Assembly (NCBI GenBank): GCA_027486335.1
Contig: JAIXPK010000178.1
Coordinates: 1 to 55,386, forward strand
DNA length: 55,386 bases
Direction: 5' to 3'
Origin: Verrucomicrobiaceae bacterium
GTDB lineage: Bacteria; Verrucomicrobiota; Verrucomicrobiia; Verrucomicrobiales; V1-33
Positions 34,510-43,892 of this stretch are shown piece by piece; within the stretch, counting starts at the first letter, position 1; each line of letters starts with the position of its first letter. Both the position numbers and the translations under genes were made by a program. The notes beneath the pieces are model-generated. The model was not told the DNA's origin, ran no database searches, and saw nothing but the letters and a program-made list of their open reading frames with translations.

Positions 34510-35427
34510 ATGATGACGGGGATACTGTCGAGGGTGCGGTCGCTGGGGGCGACGTTGAAGCGTGAGAGCCGTCATGGGTGGGGGTATGCCGGGGCGTGGT
34601 TTTTCCGGAGGTTTTATTATCGGTATGTGCGGCCGCGGGTGGTGACGGTGGAGGAGGCGGGGAGTGGGGATTTCGAGAGGGGGCTGACGGTGCTGGTGCC
34701 GGCGGCGGAGAAGGATGCGGATTTGCTGGTGTTGTGTCTTGGGAGTGTCCGCGAGCATCTTGCGGGGCAGAGGCATGAGGTTTGGGTGGTGGCACCGGAG
34801 TCTGAATTGCTGAGGGCGGTGTGCGCGGAGGCGGGGGTGCGGTATGTGCTGGAGGATGAGGTGCTGCCGGTGCGGGCGCGGGAATTGCGGACGCGAGGAT
34901 GGGTTGTACAGCAGCTGATCAAGCTGAACGCGTGGCGGCATGTGCCGACGGAAGATTATCTGGTGCTGGATGCGGACACGGTGTTTCTGAGGAAGCAGGT
35001 GTTTTTCCGCCGCGGTAGGACGGTGCTGAGGTATGCGGATCAGTATGAGTTGCTGTATGAGCGGTCGCTGACGATGATTCTGGGGGATCGGCCGCGGTTT
35101 CCGGTGTCGTTTGTGACGCACCACATGGTGATGAGCCGTGGGATTGTGGAAGCGCTGCTGAAGCAGATTGGGGAGCGGTTGGGAGCGGAGTGGTGGGATG
35201 GGCTGGTGCGGGTGATTGATGCGAATTCGATCAGTCCGATATCGTTTTCCGAGTTTGATCTGTACGGTAACTATGTGATGAACGATCCTGAGCTGCGGGG
35301 GCGGCATGTGCTGGAGTACTGGCATGGGGTGGATGCGCCGAACCGGGTGCCTGAGGAGGTGCTTGGAGCTGGGGAGGGGAGGCTGGCGGGGCGGAATTCG
35401 GTGTCGTTCCATCGGCATACGCAGTAG
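34510..35427 (+). CDS. Putative nucleotide-diphospho-sugar transferase-fold protein (family not confidently named)
   Basis: LTVLVPAAEKDADLL, a DXD-like LVLDADTVFL, and FSEFDLYGNY. Good coding codon pattern and embedded among glycosyltransferases. Confidence 0.55.
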   Translation: MMTGILSRVRSLGATLKRESRHGWGYAGAWFFRRFYYRYVRPRVVTVEEAGSGDFERGLTVLVPAAEKDADLLVLCLGSVREHLAGQRHEVWVVAPESELLRAVCAEAGVRYVLEDEVLPVRARELRTRGWVVQQLIKLNAWRHVPTEDYLVLDADTVFLRKQVFFRRGRTVLRYADQYELLYERSLTMILGDRPRFPVSFVTHHMVMSRGIVEALLKQIGERLGAEWWDGLVRVIDANSISPISFSEFDLYGNYVMNDPELRGRHVLEYWHGVDAPNRVPEEVLGAGEGRLAGRNSVSFHRHTQ

Positions 35428-35498
35428 GGGCTGGGACGATGAGGTGGTTGTGGCGGTCAATTGCTGAGAGGCATCTTTGAGTTGAATTGAAGCGAGCT

Positions 35499-36659
35499 AT
35501 GAAATCAGTGAATGCAGGCGGTCGGCATCTGGCCTTTCAGTGGGTGAGTCCGTATGAACCTGGGGACAGCCGCGGGGGATGGAAGTCGATGCAGTATTAT
35601 CTGCTGCGGGCTTTGGAGGAGGCGCGGGGGCCGTCGCGGCGGCTGGCTCCGGTGGAGGTGCCTGAGGAGGCTGGTGCGAAGTGGGTGAGCCGGGTGTGGA
35701 AGAAGCTAGGGATACCGCGGTCGTATGCGTATTATTCGCCGACGCGGTTGAAGCGGTATGCGGGGACGGTGGAGCCGTTTCTGGCGGAGTTGCCTGGGGT
35801 TCCGGTGGTATTTTTCGGGGCGCTGCCGTTTGTGGCGTGCCGGCCTGCGGCGCCGTATTACATGTACACGGACGGGTGTTTTGCGATTCACTACTGGGAG
35901 TACAACAAGGATCATTCGCACCGGAGGGCGGACATTGAGCGGATCTGCCGGGAGGAGGCGGAGTTTATGGCGGGGAGTGCGGGGGTGTGGTGCTCGTCGC
36001 AATGGCTGGCGGAGCGGTTGACGCGGGAGTATGGGTTACCGGCTGGGCTGGCGCGTTTTGTGGGGACGGGGCCGGGGAATGTGCCTGCGGCTGGGGTGGG
36101 GAGTGTGGCGGGTGGTCGCGGGAAGACGGTGGTGATGATCGCGGCGGATTTTGAGCGGAAGGGCGGGAGGCTGGCGGTGGCGGCGGTGGCGGAGGCGAAC
36201 CGGAGAGGGGCGGGATTGACGTTGCGGATCATTGGGGAGAAGCCTCCTGAGGGGGTGATGGGGGAAGGATTTGTGGAGTGGTGCGGGTGGTTGGATTTGC
36301 GGCAGGTGGAGGACCGGGTGAAGTTTGCGGAGGTTTTGTCGGAGGCTGGGCTGCATCTGCTGCTGAGCCGGAATGATTTGTCGCCGCTGGCGATCCCTGA
36401 GGCGTCGACGTACGGGGTGCCGACGCTGGCGACGGACGTGGGAGCGATTGGGGAGATGATTCGGCATGGGGAGACCGGGTGGGTGGTGCCGCGGGAAGCG
36501 GATGCGGTGGTGGTGGGGGGTTTGCTGGCGGAGATTTTCGGGGATGAGGGGCGATTGGGAGCGGCTGGTGCGGCGGCGCGGGAGCTGCAGGAGAGGGTAT
36601 GGAACTGGCGGTCGGTGGCGGCGCGGTGTTTTGAGGGAGTGGCGTCAGGGGTGCGGTGA
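35499..36659 (+). CDS. Glycosyltransferase, GT4/GT-B family
   Basis: ATG 35499. C-terminal half ...LLLSRNDLSPLAIPEASTYGVPTLATDVGAIGEMIRHGETGWVV... (glycos_transf_1 pattern). Confidence 0.8.
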   Translation: MKSVNAGGRHLAFQWVSPYEPGDSRGGWKSMQYYLLRALEEARGPSRRLAPVEVPEEAGAKWVSRVWKKLGIPRSYAYYSPTRLKRYAGTVEPFLAELPGVPVVFFGALPFVACRPAAPYYMYTDGCFAIHYWEYNKDHSHRRADIERICREEAEFMAGSAGVWCSSQWLAERLTREYGLPAGLARFVGTGPGNVPAAGVGSVAGGRGKTVVMIAADFERKGGRLAVAAVAEANRRGAGLTLRIIGEKPPEGVMGEGFVEWCGWLDLRQVEDRVKFAEVLSEAGLHLLLSRNDLSPLAIPEASTYGVPTLATDVGAIGEMIRHGETGWVVPREADAVVVGGLLAEIFGDEGRLGAAGAAARELQERVWNWRSVAARCFEGVASGVR

Positions 36660-36688
36660 AATTGAGCGAAGCAGACGAATTGAGAGAC

Positions 36689-37723
36689 ATGAAGACACAT
36701 CCGAGTATAGCGGTGGCGATTCCGACGCGTAATCAGTCGAACCTGTTGAGGGACGCGCTGGATTCTGTGTTTCGGCAGACGGTTCCGGTGGTGGACGTGG
36801 TGGTGTGCGATGATGCGGGGACGGACGATTGCGGGGCGGTGGTGGAGGCGTACCGCCGGGAGTTGCCGGCGGAGCAGGCGGGGGTGCTGAGGTATGTGAG
36901 GAATGAGGCGTGCCTGGGGATTGGGGGGAATTTTGACCGAGGGGTGAGGGAGGCGGCTGGGGAGTATGTGATCAAGCTGGACTCAGACGACATTTTGGAG
37001 CCGCGGTTTGCGGAGGTGCTGGGGGGCGCGCTGGAGGGGAACGAGCGCGCGGGATGGGCGCATGGGAATGTGATGAACATCCGTGAGGACCGGACGCCGC
37101 TGGCGCTGGCGCACACGAGGAAGCGGTCCGGGTATTACGGGGGAGGGGAGGCGTTGAGGGCGTATCTGCGGCACAATGATACCTGTCACTGTGTGATGAT
37201 CCGGAAGCGGGCGTATCTGGAGGTGGGAGGGTACCGGCCGGAGATGACGACGGCTGAGGATTGGCTGTTGTGGCTGGAGATGCTGATGCGGGGGTGGGGT
37301 TATTGTTTTGTGGAAGAGGTGGTGGCGCAGATGAGGAAGTATGATGACCGGTGGGATCTGATGACGCGGCGGCGGCAGCGGTTTGTGGCGTCGATGGAGT
37401 ATATGGAGGGGCATCTGGGGAGGCTGCTGGGTGAGGTGGTGCTGCCGGAGGGGTGTACGGGGGAGGAAGTGATGGCGGGGTTCCGGGCGACGGCGGCGAA
37501 GTTGTGCCGGGCGTCGGCGATGGATGAAGGGGATGGGGCGACGAGGCGGCTGTTGTTTGCGACGGCGGTGCGGTATGTGCCGACGGCGGGGAATCGAGTG
37601 GCGGCGGCTGTACTGGGGCCGTTGCCGCGCGGGGTGACGGTGAGGATGGCGGCGCTGGGGGGGATGCCGCGGGTACTGGCGCGGCGGGTGCTGACAACAT
37701 TGAAGGGAGGGAGGCGTTCGTGA
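36689..37723 (+). CDS. Glycosyltransferase family 2
   Basis: ATG 36689 (an alternative GTG 36656 overlaps the previous stop). IAVAIPTRNQSNLLRDALDSVFRQT, VVVCDDAGTDD, KLDSDD. Confidence 0.85.
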   Translation: MKTHPSIAVAIPTRNQSNLLRDALDSVFRQTVPVVDVVVCDDAGTDDCGAVVEAYRRELPAEQAGVLRYVRNEACLGIGGNFDRGVREAAGEYVIKLDSDDILEPRFAEVLGGALEGNERAGWAHGNVMNIREDRTPLALAHTRKRSGYYGGGEALRAYLRHNDTCHCVMIRKRAYLEVGGYRPEMTTAEDWLLWLEMLMRGWGYCFVEEVVAQMRKYDDRWDLMTRRRQRFVASMEYMEGHLGRLLGEVVLPEGCTGEEVMAGFRATAAKLCRASAMDEGDGATRRLLFATAVRYVPTAGNRVAAAVLGPLPRGVTVRMAALGGMPRVLARRVLTTLKGGRRS

Positions 37724-37737
37724 GTGTTGAGCGAGGC

Positions 37738-38871
37738 ATGGGGGTCCTGCATGTGGCCCTTGATCCGGTGACTGGGCCGTGGAGCGTGATGCGGGAACTG
37801 GCGCTGGCGCAGGAGAGGAGCGGGAGGTATGGGAAGGTGGCGATGGGGGTGGTGGCGTCGAGCGAGTGGGGTGAGGCGTACCGGGAGGAAGCGCGGGGGT
37901 TGCCGGTGCGGGTGTTTGTGGCGGGGACTGGGGATGGGATTGGGACGGTGAAGTTTCTGAGGCAGCGGTGGCGGCGGCCGCCGATTGGGGAGTGGATTGA
38001 GGAGATGAGGGCTGGTGGGGTGGATCGGGTGGTGTGTCATTTTCACAATGCGTGGATGTCCGGGGTATTTCTGCCGCTGCCGGAGGTGGCCGGGGTGGCG
38101 GTGCGGGTGGTGGTGACGGTGCATGGGGTGAATGAGGCGTTTGAGGGGAAGCCGGTGAGGCGGATGCTGCACCGGTGGATGGCTGGGAGGCTGGTGCGTT
38201 ACGGGGCGCGATTGACGTCTGTGGATGCTGGGAATCTGGAGCGAGCGGAGCGGGTGCTGGGGTTGCCTGGGGAGCGGTTTACGGTGATTGCGAACGGGGT
38301 GGCGCCTGGAGGGAAGGGGTCGAGGTGGAGCGGGGAGGGGGAGCTGGTGCTGGGGCATCTGGGATCGATGACGGAGCAGAAGGGATGGCGGATGGCTGCG
38401 GAGGCGGTGCAGCGGGTGGCGGCGACGGGGCGGCGGGTGCGGTTGCTGATGGCTGGGGAGGGACCGGATGACGAGGAGGCGCGTGTGGTGGCGGCGGGGT
38501 CCGGGGGGGTAGTTGAGTTTCTGGGGCGAGTGGGGAGGCCGAGGGAGGAGTTTCTGCCGAGGATTCACGGGTTGGTGGTGATGTCGCGGCATGAGGGATT
38601 GCCGATGTCGATGATTGAGACGATGGCGCAGGGGACGCCGGTGGTGGCGACGGCTGTTGGGGGGATACCTGATGCGCTGGCGGGCGGGCGGGCGGGGGTG
38701 CTGGTGGAGCGGACGGTGGAGGCGCTGGCGGAGGTGCTGGAGCGTTGGTATGACGAGCCTGGGGAGTGGCGCGGGCTGGCGGAGGGAGCGGGGAGCGTTT
38801 TTGCGGAACGGTTTGCGATTTCGCGGATTGTGTCGGATTACGACGGAGTTTACGCAGGGGCATTCTTATGA
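37738..38871 (+). CDS. Glycosyltransferase, GT4/GT-B family
   Basis: MGVLHVALDPVTGPWSV... (a GTG at 37720 overlapping the previous stop is an alternative start). ...VVMSRHEGLPMSMIETMAQGTPVVATAVGGIPDAL... Confidence 0.85.
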   Translation: MGVLHVALDPVTGPWSVMRELALAQERSGRYGKVAMGVVASSEWGEAYREEARGLPVRVFVAGTGDGIGTVKFLRQRWRRPPIGEWIEEMRAGGVDRVVCHFHNAWMSGVFLPLPEVAGVAVRVVVTVHGVNEAFEGKPVRRMLHRWMAGRLVRYGARLTSVDAGNLERAERVLGLPGERFTVIANGVAPGGKGSRWSGEGELVLGHLGSMTEQKGWRMAAEAVQRVAATGRRVRLLMAGEGPDDEEARVVAAGSGGVVEFLGRVGRPREEFLPRIHGLVVMSRHEGLPMSMIETMAQGTPVVATAVGGIPDALAGGRAGVLVERTVEALAEVLERWYDEPGEWRGLAEGAGSVFAERFAISRIVSDYDGVYAGAFL

Positions 38872-39731
38872 CAGGAGACCGGATCAGCATACTCATTCCG
38901 ACGCGCAATCGTCCGGGGATACTGCGTCGAACGCTGGACGAGCTGCTGGGGCGGGGGTTCGGGGGGTATCCGCTGCTGGTTTACGACGATGCGTCGGACG
39001 AGCCTGAAGCGATTGCGGCGGTGGTGGCGGTGTGGCCAGGGGGGCGCGTGGTGCACGGGAAGAAGCGCGGCGGGCAGGCGACGGGGCGGAATAGCCTGTT
39101 GAGGGCGGCGGCGACTGATTTTGCGCTGATGCTGGATGACGATAGCTGGCCTGAGGACCGGGGGTTATTCGAGGCGGCGGCGGATGAGATGAGCGGGGCG
39201 GGGATCGGGGTGGGGACGTTTCAGTATCGATCGCTGGCGGACGGGAAGCTGTCGATACCTGAGGGGGAGGGGAGGGGACGAGTGATGAGTTTTCTGGGTG
39301 GAGCGAGCCTTTTTGATGTGAAGCAGGTGCTGGGGGTGGGAGGGTTTCTGGAGCCGCTGGTGTATGGTTATGAGGAACCGGAGCTGAGTCTGCGGCTGTG
39401 GCTGAACGGGGTGCGGATCGAGCAGTTTCCGGCGGTGGTGGTGGCGCACAATCATTTTGAGACGCCGGATGAGAAGCGAGACTACCGGGAGTATGATTAT
39501 TATTATGCGCGGAACAGCATCCTGATGTCGGCGATGAATTTTCCGCTGGTGCTGGGGTTGCCGCACGGGATTTTCCGGTCGGTGCGGCGGTCTTTGTACC
39601 GGCGGCGGAACACGTGGGCGAAGGTGAGAGGGACTGTGGCTGGGGTGGTGGATACGTTTCGGATGGGTGCGATGCGTAAGCCGTGCGGGATTGCGAAAGC
39701 GTGGGAATGGATTAAGGGGAGGCCGTCATGA
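38868..39731 (+). CDS. Glycosyltransferase family 2
   Basis: ATGA overlap with the previous gene. ISILIPTRNRPGILRRTLDELL, LLVYDDASDE, LMLDDDS. Confidence 0.8.
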   Translation: MTGDRISILIPTRNRPGILRRTLDELLGRGFGGYPLLVYDDASDEPEAIAAVVAVWPGGRVVHGKKRGGQATGRNSLLRAAATDFALMLDDDSWPEDRGLFEAAADEMSGAGIGVGTFQYRSLADGKLSIPEGEGRGRVMSFLGGASLFDVKQVLGVGGFLEPLVYGYEEPELSLRLWLNGVRIEQFPAVVVAHNHFETPDEKRDYREYDYYYARNSILMSAMNFPLVLGLPHGIFRSVRRSLYRRRNTWAKVRGTVAGVVDTFRMGAMRKPCGIAKAWEWIKGRPS

Positions 39732-41362
39732 ATGCGATTGAACCTGCGGGAGCTGACCCGGATGATTTTGAAGGCCGTGCGATTGTGATTCCGAAGAAGC
39801 GGATGAAGGATCGGCTGAAGGATCAGCGTGAGGCTGAGGGTGTGGACCGGGGGTATCTTGATAGTTTCTGGGATATGAACGCTCCTGGGTACGAGTGGGT
39901 GCTGCTGCTGTTCGGGATGGTCTGTTGTGCTATGCTGCACCTGACGCCGGTGCTGCAGTCATCGATGGCGGTGCCGCTGACGGGGGCGATGGCGTTTTTG
40001 TGTTATTTGTCGCCGCTGTCGGCCTTTTTCTTTCTGGGATGCAATCAGTTTCTGCCGTACATGGACGGGGCGGCGCTGAATCCGGCGCAGATTGGGAGTA
40101 TGGTGTGGCTGCCGGCGGCGCTGGTGAGGTATCGCAAGGTGGATCTGAAGGGTTTCCGGCATTTTGTATGGATGGTGCCCTGGCTGGGCTGGCATTCGCT
40201 GATGATGGGTGAGAATCTGCTGGCTTATGACAGTGAGTATCTGAAGGCATTTGCCTATGCGGTGATCGGGCTGCAGATGGCGAACGAGGCGAAAGGGAGG
40301 TATTTATTGTGCATTGTGGGCTTGGTGTGCGGCACGCTGATGGTGGGGTTTGCGTACTGGGGATTGAATCTGGGATTGCCGGTGCAGGTGAATGACTGGG
40401 GGCAGGACCGTGAAGGGTTTCAGCGGATGGGGAGTGTGCGTGCGGATGCGGTGATGGTGTGGCCTGCGCTGCTGATTGGTTTTGCGGGGATTCTGGGGAT
40501 TGCGGGGAGTTTCGGGACGAGTTTTGCGAGGCGGATGCCGCCGTGGTGGCTGGTGCCTGCGGTGCTGGCGGCGGGGTTTGTGACGCTTCCGCCGCTGGCG
40601 GCGACGATGACGCACGGGGCATTTGCCGGGCTTGGGATTATTGTGGTGGTGTTTCTGGCGGCGATGTATTCGCCGGTTAGGAACAAAGGGGTGGACAATT
40701 CGGCGTTTCGGTCGCGGATGAATGCGCTGATCCTGCTGCTGGCGGTGGGGGCGGTGGTGATGTATGCGGTGGATGCATTCGGGATGCGGTCACGGGCGGA
40801 GGCGTTGTCGAATCATTTCGAACACCAGTCTGGCGAGATGGGGGCGGCGGCGTCGAGGACGGACGTGTGGAACGATGCGATCGATACGATCATGCGTTAC
40901 CCGCTGACCGGCTATAAATTTGTGGGCGGAAAGGAGAACATTACGAGTCACTATGCGGCGGATGGGTTTTATCTGGCGCACAGTGTGTTTCTGGATTACG
41001 GGAGGTATGGGGGAATTCCGGGGCTGGTGTTTGTGACAATGTTTCTGTTTGCTCCGGCATGGAAGTTGTGGCGACATCCGAACCGGATGCAATTCACGGC
41101 ATTTTTCATGGTGTTTGTGGCGGTGTTCACGTTTTGGATGGTGCTGTCGTTTCAGTTTTACAAGACGGTGTGGTCGTTCTGGGCGCTGATGATGGTGGCG
41201 AGCGACATGCCGTCGGAGAAGAAAGTGACGCTTGGTGACGCGGAGGCGGAAGCGGAGGCGGAGGCCAAAGCCAAAGCGAAGGCGGAAGCTGAGGCGAAAG
41301 CGAAAGCTGAGGCTGAGGGGAAGGGGAAAGAGGGTGAACTGCGGGGCCTTGCGGCTGTCTGA
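39728..41362 (+). CDS. O-antigen polymerase/ligase-family (Wzy-like) membrane protein with charged repeat tail
   Basis: ATGA overlap with the previous gene. At least 10 TM helices and a Wzy_C-like loop FYLAHSVFLDYGRYGGIPGLVFV. C-terminal (AE)n(AK)n tract. Confidence 0.8.
   Translation: MNAIEPAGADPDDFEGRAIVIPKKRMKDRLKDQREAEGVDRGYLDSFWDMNAPGYEWVLLLFGMVCCAMLHLTPVLQSSMAVPLTGAMAFLCYLSPLSAFFFLGCNQFLPYMDGAALNPAQIGSMVWLPAALVRYRKVDLKGFRHFVWMVPWLGWHSLMMGENLLAYDSEYLKAFAYAVIGLQMANEAKGRYLLCIVGLVCGTLMVGFAYWGLNLGLPVQVNDWGQDREGFQRMGSVRADAVMVWPALLIGFAGILGIAGSFGTSFARRMPPWWLVPAVLAAGFVTLPPLAATMTHGAFAGLGIIVVVFLAAMYSPVRNKGVDNSAFRSRMNALILLLAVGAVVMYAVDAFGMRSRAEALSNHFEHQSGEMGAAASRTDVWNDAIDTIMRYPLTGYKFVGGKENITSHYAADGFYLAHSVFLDYGRYGGIPGLVFVTMFLFAPAWKLWRHPNRMQFTAFFMVFVAVFTFWMVLSFQFYKTVWSFWALMMVASDMPSEKKVTLGDAEAEAEAEAKAKAKAEAEAKAKAEAEGKGKEGELRGLAAV
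41240..41338 (+). repeat. In-frame GCN-GAR / GCN-AAR dicodon repeat encoding AEAEAEAEAKAKAKAEAEAKAKAEAEGKGKEGE
   Basis: Read directly: gcggaggcggaagcggaggcggaggccaaagccaaagcgaaggcggaagctgaggcgaaagcgaaagctgaggctgaggggaaggggaaagagggtgaa. Confidence 0.85.
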
Positions 41363-41368
41363 CTGATC

Positions 41369-42607
41369 ATGTGGTGGGTATTTCAGATTGGGGCGCGGGA
41401 GCACTATGCGGTGCCGCGTGCGCTTGCGAAGGTTGGATTGCTAGGGGGTGTGGTGACGGATTTCTGGGTGCCATCGGGGAGCCGGACGGAGAAGTTTTAC
41501 CGGTCGCAGCGGATGCGGGACCGGTATCATCCGGAGTTGAGCGGGGCTGGGGTGCAGGCGTTCAATCTGCGGATGGGAGCGTTTGAGGCTGGGTTGCGGT
41601 TGCGGCGGCCTGGAGGGATGCGGGCGGTGATGGCGCGGAACGAGCGGTTTCAGCGATTGGCGGTGAAGCGGCTGAGGCGGTTGCCGGACGGGGGTGAGGT
41701 GACGGTGTTTTCGTACAGTTATGCGGCGCGTGAGATATTCCGGTATGCGCGGACGAGGGGATGGCAGACGGTGCTTGGGCAGATTGATCCCGGGCCTGAG
41801 GAGGAGCGGATTGTGCGTGAGGAGTGGGAGAGGGAGTCGCGGTTGAAGGCTGAGTGGGAGCCGGCGCCGGAGCGGTACTGGAAGTTGTGGCGGGAGGAGG
41901 TGGCGTTGTCGGACCATGTGCTGGTGAATTCGGAGTGGTCGAGGGAGTGTCTGGGCAAGGACGGGGTGCCTGGGGAGAAGCTGCATGTGCTGCCGCTGGT
42001 GTTCAGTCGTGATGAGGGTTCTGGAGGAGAGGGGAGCGGGGTGCTGGTGGATGCGGCGGGCAGTCGGATTGGGGATGGAGGTGGGGATGGTAAGCGGTTG
42101 AGGCTGTTGTTTCTGGGGCAGATCAATTTGAGGAAGGGGGTGGCGAGGCTGCTGGAGGCGATGAGGCTGCTGAGGGATGAGCCTGTGGAATTGATTCTGG
42201 CGGGGCCGAGTGCGATTGATCCGTCAGCATGGGCTGATCTGCCGGCGGTGAAGTGGGTGGGGGCGGTACCGCGGAGCCGGGTGGCGGAGTATTACCGGGA
42301 TGCGGATTTGTTCATCCTGCCGACGTTGTCTGACGGGTATGCTCTGACGCAGCTGGAGGCGATGTCGCACGGGTTGCCGGTGCTGGCGTCGCGTTACTGC
42401 GGGGAGGCGGTGCTGGCTGGGGAGAATGGATTCATTATTGAGGAGGTGTCTGCGGAGGGGATAGCGGCGGCGATACGGGCGGCGCGTGGGCAATTGCCGC
42501 TGCGAGGGGTGAGGGCCCCGGATTTCACGCTGGAGGATCTGGGGAGGGAGTTGCGGGTATTGCAGCGGGGTCGCCGGGCGGGTGTGGGAGCAGGCGTACG
42601 GGGTTGA
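41369..42607 (+). CDS. Glycosyltransferase, GT4/GT-B family
   Basis: ...LFILPTLSDGYALTQLEAMSHGLPVLASRYCGEAVLAGENGFII... The atypical N-terminal half begins MWWVFQIGAREHYAVPRAL. Confidence 0.8.
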   Translation: MWWVFQIGAREHYAVPRALAKVGLLGGVVTDFWVPSGSRTEKFYRSQRMRDRYHPELSGAGVQAFNLRMGAFEAGLRLRRPGGMRAVMARNERFQRLAVKRLRRLPDGGEVTVFSYSYAAREIFRYARTRGWQTVLGQIDPGPEEERIVREEWERESRLKAEWEPAPERYWKLWREEVALSDHVLVNSEWSRECLGKDGVPGEKLHVLPLVFSRDEGSGGEGSGVLVDAAGSRIGDGGGDGKRLRLLFLGQINLRKGVARLLEAMRLLRDEPVELILAGPSAIDPSAWADLPAVKWVGAVPRSRVAEYYRDADLFILPTLSDGYALTQLEAMSHGLPVLASRYCGEAVLAGENGFIIEEVSAEGIAAAIRAARGQLPLRGVRAPDFTLEDLGRELRVLQRGRRAGVGAGVRG

Positions 42608-42662
42608 GGAGGAGGCGGTGATGGCGCGAGTGATGAGAGAGCAACATGAGAAGAGAACCAGC

Positions 42663-43892
42663 ATGAAGGTGGCATTGATATTCAGTTCGTATGGTCCGTA
42701 TCATCTGGCTCGGCTGGCGGGATGCCGCGGGCGGTGCGAGGTGGTGGGGATTGGTGGCGGGGGGAACTGCAAGGAGTATGCGTGGGATCATGATGAGCCG
42801 GAGGGGGCTGGGTTGAGGGTAGTGAATCCAGGAGGGCCGGTTGGAGGGCTGGGGAGGGTGGAGTTCCGGGATCGATTGCGGCGGGAGCTGGAGGGAGCTG
42901 GGGTGGATGTGGTGGCGGTGCCTGGGTGGGCGGACCGGCTGGCGCTGGAGGCGATGCGGTGGGCCCTTGAGCGCGGGAAGCCGGTGGTGATGATGTCGGA
43001 GACGTCTGGACTGGACCGGCCGTCGGGAGGGTGGAAGGGATGGGTGCGGCGGCGGCTGGTTGGGTTGAGCGGAGCGGCGCTGGTTGGAGGGAGTCCGCAT
43101 CGGGAGTTTATGATCGGACAGGGGATGAGGAGGGATGCGGTGTTTCTGGGGTATGACGCGGTGGGCAATGGTTATTACGAGGAGGAGAGTGCGCAGTGGC
43201 GGGCGCGGGATGGCGAGCGGCAGCGGTATTTTCTGGCGTCCAACCGATTCATTGAGAAGAAGAACCTGTTCAGGCTGCTGGATGCGCAGGCTGGGTATGC
43301 CTCCGGGATGGGGGATGGGGAGGCTGGGGGCGGGTGGCCGCTGGTGCTGCTGGGGGATGGGGAGTTGAAGGGGGAGCTGGTGGCGCATGCTGAGCGTCTT
43401 GGGTTGAGGGTGGTGCCGGGGGCGCCATGGGAGGGGGAGGTGAGTGACGCTGGGGCGCGGACGGTGTATTTTCCGGGGTTTCGGCAGATTGGGGAGCTGC
43501 CGCGGTTTTATGCGCATGCGGGAGCGTTTGTGCATGCGAGCACGAAGGAGCAGTGGGGTTTGGTGGTGAATGAGGCGATGGCGTGCGGAGTGCCGGTGGT
43601 GGTGTCGGAGCGGTGCGGGTGTGCGCCGGATCTGGTAGTGAACGGGGAGACGGGGTATGCCTTTAACCCGCTGGATGCGGAGGCTCTGAAGGGCTTGCTA
43701 GGGAAGATGGCGGGGATGCCGGAGGAAGCGCGGGTGGCGATGGGTGCGGCGGGGCGGAGACGGATTGCGGAGTGGGGTCCGGAGCGGTTCGGGGAGGGAT
43801 TGGCGGGGGCGGCGGAGAAGGCGCTGGCGGTGGGGGCGAAACGAGCAGGCGTGCTGGATCGTGCGCTGCTGAACCTGCTGTGCTGCCGGTGA
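42663..43892 (+). CDS. Glycosyltransferase, GT4/GT-B family
   Basis: ATG 42663 (MKVALIFSSYGPYHLARL...). ...FVHASTKEQWGLVVNEAMACGVPVVVSERCGCAPDLVVNGETGYAF... Confidence 0.8.
   Translation: MKVALIFSSYGPYHLARLAGCRGRCEVVGIGGGGNCKEYAWDHDEPEGAGLRVVNPGGPVGGLGRVEFRDRLRRELEGAGVDVVAVPGWADRLALEAMRWALERGKPVVMMSETSGLDRPSGGWKGWVRRRLVGLSGAALVGGSPHREFMIGQGMRRDAVFLGYDAVGNGYYEEESAQWRARDGERQRYFLASNRFIEKKNLFRLLDAQAGYASGMGDGEAGGGWPLVLLGDGELKGELVAHAERLGLRVVPGAPWEGEVSDAGARTVYFPGFRQIGELPRFYAHAGAFVHASTKEQWGLVVNEAMACGVPVVVSERCGCAPDLVVNGETGYAFNPLDAEALKGLLGKMAGMPEEARVAMGAAGRRRIAEWGPERFGEGLAGAAEKALAVGAKRAGVLDRALLNLLCCR

Noticed and set aside
33598-35460. 620-aa minus-strand ORF antisense to GT2 paralogue B and the following gene
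   Set aside because: Arg/Pro/His-rich nonsense composition. It spans two independently well-supported plus-strand genes.
14245-41338. Short tandem repeats (AVP 9-mer, GEPGEPGE at about 26413-26435, EA/KA tract) considered as CRISPR-like or minisatellite arrays
   Set aside because: The units are 6-9 bp, contiguous without spacers, and in-frame inside CDSs. There are no 25-40-bp repeats separated by unique spacers, and no cas genes.
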